From the NCBI GenBank assembly GCA_000002435.2, contig CM018792.1: 64,000 bases of DNA. One strand, given 5' to 3'. How positions within the stretch are numbered: the first letter of the stretch is position 1; each line of letters opens with the position of its first letter. A program made the translations under genes and the position numbers. The notes beneath the pieces are model-generated. The model did no database searches and was not told where the DNA came from. It saw only the letters and a program-made list of their open reading frames with translations. Of this stretch, positions 8,537 through 17,096 are shown piece after piece. Source of the DNA: Giardia intestinalis (Eukaryota).

Positions 8537-11512
8537 ATGTTGCTACATTCGGGGTTTTGCGAAGTCTTTCATGATTTACGGAATAGAGATTACCAAACTG
8601 AGTACCAGAAAGTCTTACTAACCACGTACTGGGAGCTGGGACGAGCGCTTGGCCATGATTGCACACAGGGCATTTCTCTCGAACGGTTAATACCACCGAG
8701 CACGCAGGCCGGACGCAAATCTCGGTCGTCCACAACTATATCCATACTTGAGAAAAGGCAAGAAGCGATAATAGAGGCAGCTTTAAATAGAACATATAGT
8801 GATGGTCCCTTCCGGTTACGGCTCCCAACAGAAGTGGTTCAGCTCATTGTCATGGGTCAGCAGAGTAAGGCTGTGGTTGCGCGGATTACACTAAAAGATG
8901 GTGCTCTAGTACTTTCTATCGTTTTTAAACATACGACTAAGGCAAAGTCTAAGACAAGTGTTTCCACAGCCGGCTCAGAACCAGAAATTCCATTGGCAAG
9001 AGGCACTCGGTGGATTGAGAATAATGAACAGTTCAGCAAGACAGTCATTTGTGAGGCTGTCCGGTGTCACCTGAAGTCAGCATTTCGCAACATTTATAAC
9101 ACATGGTCTCCAACGATTACAGAGTACTTTATAAACCAGGAGCATCTACCGCAGATTATCTATGCATGCCGCAGTGCTCTTAAACGGTCAATGGCTGTGG
9201 ACGTGGATGAAAATATTGAAGACTATCACCAGCATGTTATTCGGGGCATAGCTCTGCGTAAAACTACGGCCATAAGGCTAGGTAGGTCACAGCACAATGA
9301 TAGCACCTTTAACTCCCTGGCTGTGCCGCTTGTTAGTTACTACATGAACTCCTGGTCTCCTAGCGAAAGTGACGCGCTGCTGCTTTCCGAGCGCTTCCTT
9401 GCAGAAAATTTGTCTGCGCGTAGCATAGAAGAACACATTAATAGCATACGACATATACTCAACGCCTATGTCAGGCTCAACACACTTTATGGCGAACGTG
9501 TCCAGTCAGCTCTCCCCACTTTGGATAATGATTCTGCCCAACTAGATGGTAAAGTCTCTGCGCACGAAGGTACAGATACGAAGGTTACGGGGATTTGTAG
9601 TATTGGACACCCTGCACATACATTCAAAACAGCAATGCTCCTGTTTGTACCCACGCCCATGCAAATCAAGATGATCTTCAGCACTGCAAGGGAAGTGCTC
9701 GACAGGCCAGACTCTGAGGTGCTGGATTTAGACGAGCTCTACACAGAATTCACAGATCAACCCTACAAGGTTCTTTCTAACGATACTTCCTTTCTGTTTG
9801 GTAAAGAGCATGCTATTGACGATTATTCCACCATTTATCCTGTGCGCACAGTGAGTCCATTCTTGCTGCGTGAACGGGGGTTTACAGAGCATAAGCGAGT
9901 AACCCCTTTGGCCAGTACGACCAAATCTTCCGTAAGCGTAACCGGAGAATCAGACAAAGGATCTTCACAGTCGCGGAAACCTGTTTCTATACCTGTTTAT
10001 CACGACCTTAGTATTTGCTATCTCCCAGTCAGAGCAGAAAATCAATCTGTTCATCGGCAGAATAAAGAATATGATATGTTCAGCGGAATTTTTCGGCACA
10101 CAGCCAGAAGCTATAGTGAGGTCGTTTCTATTATTAAGTCTCGAAAAAACCACTTAAAGGCGATACTCCAGGGCTCCGGTAACTCTGGCAGCTCTTCATC
10201 TGCAGCAATAGATCTGCAAAGCAAAAGCGTGGACTATGAAGGTAATCAGCCCCAAGCATACTCAGCCTCAACTGATAACGAAGCGCTGAATCACAAGCGG
10301 TACAGTCGGATGCCGTGTTCAAACTCTATGCACAACAGTACCTTTGTTAAATCTGCATCTAATAACATGACTGGAGCCATCTATTCTCTTAAGGGTTCCT
10401 CGTTGTCTGCTGATAACGCTTATAGACCCGAAAGAGTATCTGCCCATCATGAGCACTATTCTGAGCCGGGCCGGAAACAGCTATTTTCATACTCTTCGAG
10501 GTGCAACTCTCACTCTGACCACAACTTTGGATCTAGTACTAAGGATAACGTTGTTGTTAATCTCGATACACCATCTTCCAAAACGTTTAACTTTATACGC
10601 ATGCCGTTTGGAGGGTCAAAGACCGCCCAGGATAAGGTGGAGCAGCAAGCCAAGCAAAAGCGCGAGTTGGAACAAAAACTCTTAGAAGATGCTCTTGCTG
10701 AGCAAAAGGAGAGGCTGCTGTCAGAGCAGCAAGCCCATAAGGAGGACCAGAAGCGGCTACTCGAGCTCGAAAAGCAATTGAGCGAGCAAAGAGAGCTTAT
10801 GTTGCAGCGACAAGAAGTAGAAATTCAGGTTCAAAGCATAAGCACACCATTGCCCACCGATAGGTCTGAGTTAGAACGCCAGTGTAGCCACGGAGACACC
10901 GGACCCTCGCTGAATAACTGCTCCCACTCCAACTCCTGTGGCTCCGTTGAGGCTGTGCCACAAGAGCGCGTCCAGGACACCCAATACTACAAGTATATCG
11001 TGGAATCAGAGGCTATGCGTATTGACCAGCTTGGCCGACTAACTAGCTTAAAGGCGCATGCGAAGTTTTTAGAGTTCCACCAGGGGTCGTTTGGTCCTGA
11101 GAGGCTCTGCCTTCTCTCTGCCTCTGTGTATAGGGAGCTGGAAGCATATCCCTTTGCTGGAACCATGAAGGACATCATTTTCACCATGTGGATGGGCTAT
11201 GACATTTCGAAGAGCCTAATGGCACTTTTTTCCTCTGTGCGGGCATGTGCATTGGCCACCCCAACGATGTTTGAGGGGATTGAACGTAACACAATGAAAA
11301 ATGTAATTAAGGCACCCAACATGAATGTGATTAGTGAGCGGGATGAAAGGTCGAAGCAGGTTTGGTACGATCGAGACAAGGAGATACTAGAAACCATCTT
11401 GAACTTGTTGCACGTGGAAACAAAGCATTCGGTACTTGAGTTGATTAATTTTTGCTCAACCATGACTAGGCTTCTGAGCACGGTGAAGCAATCTCCATCC
11501 TCTAGCTCCTAA
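8537..11512 (+). CDS. hypothetical protein with internal coiled-coil segment
   Basis: The ORF track starts at TTG 8501. The first ATG is at 8537, preceded by aaaaaagctttaaagataaaaccc. There is a coiled-coil stretch (QQAKQKRELEQKLLEDALAEQKERLLSEQQAHKEDQKRLLELEKQL). AGTAAAC at 11588-11594 is a likely poly(A) signal. Confidence 0.55.
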   Translation: MLLHSGFCEVFHDLRNRDYQTEYQKVLLTTYWELGRALGHDCTQGISLERLIPPSTQAGRKSRSSTTISILEKRQEAIIEAALNRTYSDGPFRLRLPTEVVQLIVMGQQSKAVVARITLKDGALVLSIVFKHTTKAKSKTSVSTAGSEPEIPLARGTRWIENNEQFSKTVICEAVRCHLKSAFRNIYNTWSPTITEYFINQEHLPQIIYACRSALKRSMAVDVDENIEDYHQHVIRGIALRKTTAIRLGRSQHNDSTFNSLAVPLVSYYMNSWSPSESDALLLSERFLAENLSARSIEEHINSIRHILNAYVRLNTLYGERVQSALPTLDNDSAQLDGKVSAHEGTDTKVTGICSIGHPAHTFKTAMLLFVPTPMQIKMIFSTAREVLDRPDSEVLDLDELYTEFTDQPYKVLSNDTSFLFGKEHAIDDYSTIYPVRTVSPFLLRERGFTEHKRVTPLASTTKSSVSVTGESDKGSSQSRKPVSIPVYHDLSICYLPVRAENQSVHRQNKEYDMFSGIFRHTARSYSEVVSIIKSRKNHLKAILQGSGNSGSSSSAAIDLQSKSVDYEGNQPQAYSASTDNEALNHKRYSRMPCSNSMHNSTFVKSASNNMTGAIYSLKGSSLSADNAYRPERVSAHHEHYSEPGRKQLFSYSSRCNSHSDHNFGSSTKDNVVVNLDTPSSKTFNFIRMPFGGSKTAQDKVEQQAKQKRELEQKLLEDALAEQKERLLSEQQAHKEDQKRLLELEKQLSEQRELMLQRQEVEIQVQSISTPLPTDRSELERQCSHGDTGPSLNNCSHSNSCGSVEAVPQERVQDTQYYKYIVESEAMRIDQLGRLTSLKAHAKFLEFHQGSFGPERLCLLSASVYRELEAYPFAGTMKDIIFTMWMGYDISKSLMALFSSVRACALATPTMFEGIERNTMKNVIKAPNMNVISERDERSKQVWYDRDKEILETILNLLHVETKHSVLELINFCSTMTRLLSTVKQSPSSSS

Positions 11513-11626
11513 CTGTTATCCGGGTGAGGACAGCCGCTCTGAACTTATACTATGTATTCAATCCGTCAACTTACCATTATCGGTGTTAGTAAACGGCAGG
11601 ATTCTACTAACTAAATTTCTTGAACA

Positions 11627-13189
11627 ATGGGGGTCGCTGCTCTCGTGCCAGGGCTAGAGGTATGGATGGAGGTCATCGTAGCCATTGTCTGCGCACTGTT
11701 CGCAATGCTGGCATCTGCAGGAGGTATTGGCGGCGGTGTAATTTTTGTCTCTATGCTGCAGCTTTTTGGGGTAAGTCCCCACGTTGCAGCACCACTCAGC
11801 AAAGCGATGATCTTTGGTGGGTCGTGTGTTCTCACGTGCATGAACATATTTCAGCACGAGGACAATGAGCCCACAAAACCGTCCATTATTTGGGACCTCG
11901 TCTTCATCATCGAACCAGCAGCCGTTTCTGGGGCCCTTATAGGAGCGTTGATTAATGTGGTATTACCAGAGTGGCTTTTGCTTGTTCTAGAAGTAGCATT
12001 TCTTCTATACACGACACAGAAAATGCTGAGGAGCAGTCTAGCTACTTTAAATAAGGAGAGAATAGCTGCTGGCAAGAGGCTCCTTTGTACAAGAAAGAGC
12101 AGGGCACCAGCACTATCCATTGACGAAAGAGGCTCCCCACATCAACCTTCTACATTCATTGAAGACCAATCCACAAGAAGTGGCAATACTACATCTAACG
12201 AGATACAGGCTTACTCTACAGAGTGCTCTACAGAGATAGCACCATTACTGGATCGTCAAGAACTGACTGTGAAAGCAGAGCCTCAGGTTCAGGCTACGAC
12301 TAAGAAAGGAAGAGGACGCCTGGGAAGTTGTGGAGTTGCCCATTTTAAATCCATATCAGCTGTCCGTATGATTATGTTCATCTTATCTACAGTCCTCATA
12401 ATGACCTGTCAAGTAATTTCACAAGAGTTTGAACGATGTTCCACAGGATACTGGATTGCGTTCGGAGTTTGTTTCAGTATTTCCATCATAACCATCATCA
12501 TCATTATACTCTCAATAAAACGCTCTCTTAGGATCTATAATCAGTTCATGTCTGCGTCTGAGCATGTCCACCACTTCCTGAACGAATCTAGTGATACCAT
12601 TTTCAATAGAACTGATCAAGCAGAGGAAGAAAGAGATCTCCAGCTTTCATCTATTGACCAAAGAGTCACTCCCGAAGATAAAGAGGCTCTTCACCTAGAA
12701 GCTATACGATGCTCCAAGCTTCTCATAGGCACAGACTCCTTGGGTGCCTTCCACAGTATCCTATTTTATGTGAAGCTTGTACTGGCCGGTCTATTTGCTG
12801 GCATTCTGGGTGCAATGTTGGGTATTGGTGGGGGCCTCTTGAAGAACCCTATTCTCATCTCCTTTGGAATAGACCCTGAGCGTGCTCGCACAGCATCTAC
12901 CGTTATGATAGCCTTCACATCTATGTCGTCCATGATTTCATATGTTGTTATCGGTGGGCTGCACTTTGAATATGCCTGGCCTCTGATGTTAACTGTAGGG
13001 GCCTTTTTCGTGAGTGGATACTATTTAAGCGAGCTTATAATTCGGTGCTTTAAGACTAAGTCGTTTATTCCATTTCTGATTACTGCCTTGATAGTAGTTT
13101 GTACATGTTTCATAGTGGCCAACATGATAATAGTGTTTATTGACATCGCTAAGACAGGGCATTTGCCCGGTTTTACCAGTCTTTGCTAG
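11627..13189 (+). CDS. TauE/SafE (TSUP, DUF81) family membrane transporter
   Basis: Real ATG at 11627 (ctaaatttcttgaacaATG). It has two repeated 4-TM halves, each with the TSUP glycine motif (LASAGGIGGGVIFVSML and LGAMLGIGGGLLKNPIL), separated by a hydrophilic loop. Confidence 0.65.
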   Translation: MGVAALVPGLEVWMEVIVAIVCALFAMLASAGGIGGGVIFVSMLQLFGVSPHVAAPLSKAMIFGGSCVLTCMNIFQHEDNEPTKPSIIWDLVFIIEPAAVSGALIGALINVVLPEWLLLVLEVAFLLYTTQKMLRSSLATLNKERIAAGKRLLCTRKSRAPALSIDERGSPHQPSTFIEDQSTRSGNTTSNEIQAYSTECSTEIAPLLDRQELTVKAEPQVQATTKKGRGRLGSCGVAHFKSISAVRMIMFILSTVLIMTCQVISQEFERCSTGYWIAFGVCFSISIITIIIIILSIKRSLRIYNQFMSASEHVHHFLNESSDTIFNRTDQAEEERDLQLSSIDQRVTPEDKEALHLEAIRCSKLLIGTDSLGAFHSILFYVKLVLAGLFAGILGAMLGIGGGLLKNPILISFGIDPERARTASTVMIAFTSMSSMISYVVIGGLHFEYAWPLMLTVGAFFVSGYYLSELIIRCFKTKSFIPFLITALIVVCTCFIVANMIIVFIDIAKTGHLPGFTSLC

Positions 13190-13221
13190 TCACAAAAAAG
13201 TCTAGAGCATTTGCTCTACGT

Positions 13222-13776
13222 ATGACTTGCTGCAGGCCACGCAAAGATAGACCGGATAGCAATTGCACTAATGGAGCTATGAATTGTTCTGCAATCGCAG
13301 TAGCAGATACCCCCACTACAGCTAGAGCGGCTATGCATTGCGCGACCTCACCCTCACATGATCAGCAGCCAGTTGGAGATGTTTCTGGCGAGGAGATAGT
13401 CGTTACGCCTGCGCGAGTGCCGCAATTCAGAAGCTTTGGGCATCAAGACCAAAGTTCATCTTCCTCTATTAGCCTCCACGAGGGGGCTAAAAGCTTTCGG
13501 CTCGACTCCTGTGACTCTTGTAGGCATGTGAACCATCGCCGTCGCAAGCGGAAACACCGGAGGGATGAGGAAAATCATAAATCTACAACTATTGAAGATA
13601 TTGTTCAGTTATGTAAGAGCACATTTGACGCGGTGGAAAAACAGTCATCAGCAATGCTGTTAGAGGAAAAAAGAGTCTCGGAGGTCGCTGCCAATGATGG
13701 AAAAAGTGTGCACATACAAAGAAAACTTCTTAATGACCCGCTAACTCCAATATCATCATCTAGGCTAAATCCTTGA
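13222..13776 (+). CDS. hypothetical protein (questionable)
   Basis: ORF 13183-13776 in the track starts at TTG; the first ATG is at 13222 and has no clear AT-rich initiator. It has no recognisable domains and is Ser/Cys/basic-rich. It may be a real small gene or a chance ORF immediately after the TSUP stop. Confidence 0.25.
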   Translation: MTCCRPRKDRPDSNCTNGAMNCSAIAVADTPTTARAAMHCATSPSHDQQPVGDVSGEEIVVTPARVPQFRSFGHQDQSSSSSISLHEGAKSFRLDSCDSCRHVNHRRRKRKHRRDEENHKSTTIEDIVQLCKSTFDAVEKQSSAMLLEEKRVSEVAANDGKSVHIQRKLLNDPLTPISSSRLNP

Positions 13777-13876
13777 TAAAATTCACCGGTCGTTGGCGCA
13801 CACCCTTGGCGTTTTCCTTAAGCTCTTTAATTACACTGTCTGAGGTTGTAAAGGCCTAAAACTTAAACTTAAGTAA

Positions 13877-15964
13877 ATGTTTGCTCCTGGCAATTCAGCC
13901 AGAGCCCAGCGGCAAGTCATCCCCGGTGACCACTTCGGCCTGGTGATAACAAGTGGTAGATCGGTCAGCAAGGGCAGAGATCAGGCCAGTGATGCGCCGC
14001 CACCTCCACCAGCTCGCTCCGCCGCGGTGGCCCGTGCACGTCGTCCATACAAAATTGGCCCAACCGGCACATCTGGGACCAACCTCATCTTTGCCCCTGC
14101 CTCGTCTATAGTCCATAAGGCTGTATCTGTACCAAAGCAGTACAAGCACTACGCAAGGGACCCCGACGACAAGATAGAGCCTTTCTCCGCTGCGGCCTCC
14201 AAGGACACTACATCAAAAGGTAGCAGCGTGACTACTCAGCCAATGTCGTCACAGAGATCCAAGACAACATCTGTTCGCCAGCCCAAAGCAGTAACTCAGA
14301 CCTTATATCAGCAACAGCAGGAAGCCTCTCTTCTCCATGGCAACAAGCTAGGTGCTAACTATGCGGGGAAGAATCAGCCCATTGTTTACATTAAAAGCAA
14401 ACCCCCCTCTACCACAAACTCCCGCACCACAACCCCAAAGCGAGGGGCTTCTACCAGCACACGATCAGAAAGAACAGCATCCACCTCTGTTTCCCCAAGG
14501 GCTGTCGCGACAAAGCTCAGTCAACGCACACCATCCAGCAAGGGCCGGGGTGTTGTCGCCGCAACCACAACGCCAGCTGATCAAAACAGATCACAGCTGA
14601 AGGGAAGTGCTTTTCCCCGCGAAATTACAGCAGCAGAAGTCCTTTCCTCGCACAAATCCGATCTTACACCGTTTGAGCAATCAGAGATCCAACGGTTCGC
14701 CAAGATATACTACTGGGGCCAGCAGGCAAATAAGCAATACAACGGAGCAATCAACCACGGATATGATGATAGCCGTGGGGACTACATCGGAGTCATCAAT
14801 GATCACATCATGTACAGATATGAACTAGTCTCGAAGCTGGGGTCAGGGTCGTTTGGGAAAGTATATAAGGCTCTGGATCATAAGGAACAGCAGTTTGTCG
14901 CTCTAAAGATTATAAAGAACAGGAAGCGCTTCCAGAGGCAGGGCCTGGTCGAAGTAAAGATTCTAGAGCTACTACGTGACAACGATCCCAATGGAGACCA
15001 ATGCTGCGTGAAGGTACTTAGCAGCTTCTACTTTCGCTCACATCTCTGCATAGCGTTTGAGCTGCTGTCGATAAACCTATATGAATTGCTAACTAAAAAG
15101 GATCTTAAGGGCCTTTCTTTGTCGTTGGTCCGGAAGTTTTCTCTACAACTTTTAATTGCATTTGCATACGCTCGGAAGCTGAGGATTATACACGCAGATG
15201 TCAAACCCGAGAACATTCTCTTGCGGGAACCCGACAAAAGCAGTATCAAAGTCATTGACTGGGGCTCGGGGGCAATGGTGTCAGAGACAATCTACTCCTA
15301 TATTCAGTCCCGCTTTTATCGAGCCCCAGAGGTTATTCTTGGTCTTCCTTACGGTCAAGAGATAGATATCTGGAGCATTGGTTGCGTTCTCTGTGAGCTA
15401 TACACCGGGCTGCCTATCTTCCCGGGCGATGACGAAAGGGATCAGCTAGGAAAGATATGTGAGCTGCTGGGGATGCCACCCAATGACATGATCTTCAAGA
15501 GTCCCCGTAAGAACGACTTCTTTGTTAACATAGGAACGGGGATGGGTGTGGCAGGGGTATCAGAGGGTGGAAACCCCATCTTCAGCGGCAATCTGCAACA
15601 GCTTTCCAGTGTCAACGAATATCTGCAAGCAACAGGTCGAGGAGCCGGCGGCAGTGAGGTGCCAGGGATAAGGCTCCGCACGACCCACAAGGTTAATTCT
15701 AAAACTCTGTCTGGTGTCCTCAATGCACCAGACGACTTCATATCCTTCATCAGTCTTTTTCTTCAGTGGGACCCTCAAAGAAGGTGTACACCCGAGGTTG
15801 CTATGTCGCATCCGTGGATACAAGAGGGAATACGACAAATTAATGAGCGTAATGCTCGTCCTAGTAGTACTGCAGTACGTGCGGTGGATGCACGACCAGA
15901 CTCTAGGCGCGTTGCATCTGCCAGCCAGCGGCCGCTGCTTCCTGCACTCAGTCCAAAAAAGTAA
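13877..15964 (+). CDS. DYRK-family dual-specificity protein kinase
   Basis: Real ATG at 13877 (cttaagtaaATG). It has an N-terminal S/T/P-rich low-complexity region. The kinase domain has GSGSFGKV, VALKII, HADVKPENILL, and a DYRK-type activation loop (IYSYIQSRFYRAPEVILG) with the YxY motif. The stop TAA is embedded in AGTAAAC (15960-15966). Confidence 0.85.
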   Translation: MFAPGNSARAQRQVIPGDHFGLVITSGRSVSKGRDQASDAPPPPPARSAAVARARRPYKIGPTGTSGTNLIFAPASSIVHKAVSVPKQYKHYARDPDDKIEPFSAAASKDTTSKGSSVTTQPMSSQRSKTTSVRQPKAVTQTLYQQQQEASLLHGNKLGANYAGKNQPIVYIKSKPPSTTNSRTTTPKRGASTSTRSERTASTSVSPRAVATKLSQRTPSSKGRGVVAATTTPADQNRSQLKGSAFPREITAAEVLSSHKSDLTPFEQSEIQRFAKIYYWGQQANKQYNGAINHGYDDSRGDYIGVINDHIMYRYELVSKLGSGSFGKVYKALDHKEQQFVALKIIKNRKRFQRQGLVEVKILELLRDNDPNGDQCCVKVLSSFYFRSHLCIAFELLSINLYELLTKKDLKGLSLSLVRKFSLQLLIAFAYARKLRIIHADVKPENILLREPDKSSIKVIDWGSGAMVSETIYSYIQSRFYRAPEVILGLPYGQEIDIWSIGCVLCELYTGLPIFPGDDERDQLGKICELLGMPPNDMIFKSPRKNDFFVNIGTGMGVAGVSEGGNPIFSGNLQQLSSVNEYLQATGRGAGGSEVPGIRLRTTHKVNSKTLSGVLNAPDDFISFISLFLQWDPQRRCTPEVAMSHPWIQEGIRQINERNARPSSTAVRAVDARPDSRRVASASQRPLLPALSPKK

Positions 15965-15966
15965 AC
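15960..15966 (+). promoter_or_regulatory. polyadenylation signal AGTAAAC overlapping DYRK stop, 3 nt before next gene's ATG
   Basis: aaaaAGTAAACgagATG. The stop TAA (15962-15964) lies inside the signal. Confidence 0.6.
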
Positions 15967-15969
15967 GAG

Positions 15970-16689
15970 ATGTTTGTCGAGCACCCTATTCAGGTGCGAC
16001 GCCTCCCGGGCGGCTACCACAACACACATGACGACCTGATTCAAGCCATCTGCGACAATGAACTTCAGACAGTTTCAAGCCTCTTGAAGCACAGTGGTCA
16101 ACTAAACAAACACGGGTACACCGCACTGGCAGTAGCCGCGTCCAGAGGCAACTACGGAGCCTGCAAACTCCTTGTAGAGAAAGAGGCGGGCCACAAGACA
16201 AAGATTCAATACAAGCTCCGCAACTGGAAGTTCAATTGCTGTTCTGCCCTGATGATGGCAGCCTGGCATGGCCACACAAATATTGTCCAGTTGCTCGTCA
16301 AATATGAGGCAGGGATGCGGGATGGTTACTGGGGGGTGACAGCGTTGATGGGCGCAGCCTATACAGACCTGCTTTTAGTTTGCAAGGCATTGAAGCCATA
16401 CGAAGTGGGCTATCTTTCTGCCCGTGGATACTCTGCTTTAATGTGGGCTATTATGGGCGGTTCCAGAGAGTGCTTTGACTTGCTGTTAGAAGACGAATAC
16501 ATGCTAGAAGACGGAGAAGCTCTTCCATTGGCTGTGCAACATGATTTTTTATATGGTGTAGAGGCACTAGCGCCCCTGCTGATAGAAGTCAGCGGAAAGC
16601 GAGCTCTTCAACGTATACCACAAACAGAACTAGGTACCTTAATGGAGCGCGCAATTCGGAATTCTATAAAGCCAGGCATGTGGATTTAA
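15970..16689 (+). CDS. ankyrin-repeat protein (Giardia 'protein 21.1' type)
   Basis: ATG lies 5 nt after the DYRK stop. It has tandem ankyrin repeats (HGYTALAVAASRGNYGACKLLVEKEAG; SALMMAAWHGHTNIVQLLVKYEAGMRD; VTALMGAAY...; YSALMWAIMGGSRECFDLLLE). Confidence 0.8.
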   Translation: MFVEHPIQVRRLPGGYHNTHDDLIQAICDNELQTVSSLLKHSGQLNKHGYTALAVAASRGNYGACKLLVEKEAGHKTKIQYKLRNWKFNCCSALMMAAWHGHTNIVQLLVKYEAGMRDGYWGVTALMGAAYTDLLLVCKALKPYEVGYLSARGYSALMWAIMGGSRECFDLLLEDEYMLEDGEALPLAVQHDFLYGVEALAPLLIEVSGKRALQRIPQTELGTLMERAIRNSIKPGMWI

Positions 16690-16691
16690 TG

Positions 16692-17012
16692 TTAATTGTT
16701 GCTATTCTTTGAGTTTTGTCCTCTTTGACTCAGACAGATTGAGTATGGGTTGACCTTTTCTTTGCGGCACGAGATGGGATCTACTTTTCCAGTTTGTTTG
16801 TTCGATTTTGGCCTTACCTCTATATGCTTTAGTAGTGGGAGCCGTATCTTTGCTTCAACCTTTTCCCCCTCGCACTCTTTTACCGAAGAGAGATAGGAGA
16901 CCCACACTTCCAGCGTCTCTTTTCTACTTCTATGGCCGCGGATCCATGCTTGTATGACTATCGCAGCGCTCTGCTCTACACCGGAGTGCGCGCTGAGAAG
17001 AGATGACCTCAT
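16692..17012 (-). CDS. small hypothetical protein with IQ-like motif (106 aa)
   Basis: Real ATG at 17012..17010 preceded on its strand by AAGCTTTTTAAATCTTA. It contains AAIVIQAWIRGHRSRKE (IQxxxRGxxxR-like). It is convergent with the ankyrin gene with a 2 nt gap. It is small and unsupported beyond initiator context. Confidence 0.3.
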   Translation of the reverse strand: MRSSLLSAHSGVEQSAAIVIQAWIRGHRSRKETLEVWVSYLSSVKECEGEKVEAKIRLPLLKHIEVRPKSNKQTGKVDPISCRKEKVNPYSICLSQRGQNSKNSNN

Positions 17013-17096
17013 TAAGATTTAAAAAGCTTTTCACTTACCTTCTGTGGTTACATCTTTAGGCCACGGCCTGTCGAACCAACACGCAGCTCACTTCGC

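Noticed and set aside
8114-8735. ORF 8114-8500(+) and 8493-8735(-)
   Set aside because: They span the divergent promoter region and the 5' end of the neighbouring gene. They have no motifs and are best explained as chance ORFs in the AT-rich spacer.
11611-12120. ORFs 11611-11847(-), 11620-11868(+), 11654-11857(-), 11851-12120(-) overlapping the TSUP transporter
   Set aside because: They are alternative frames of a well-supported membrane-protein CDS.
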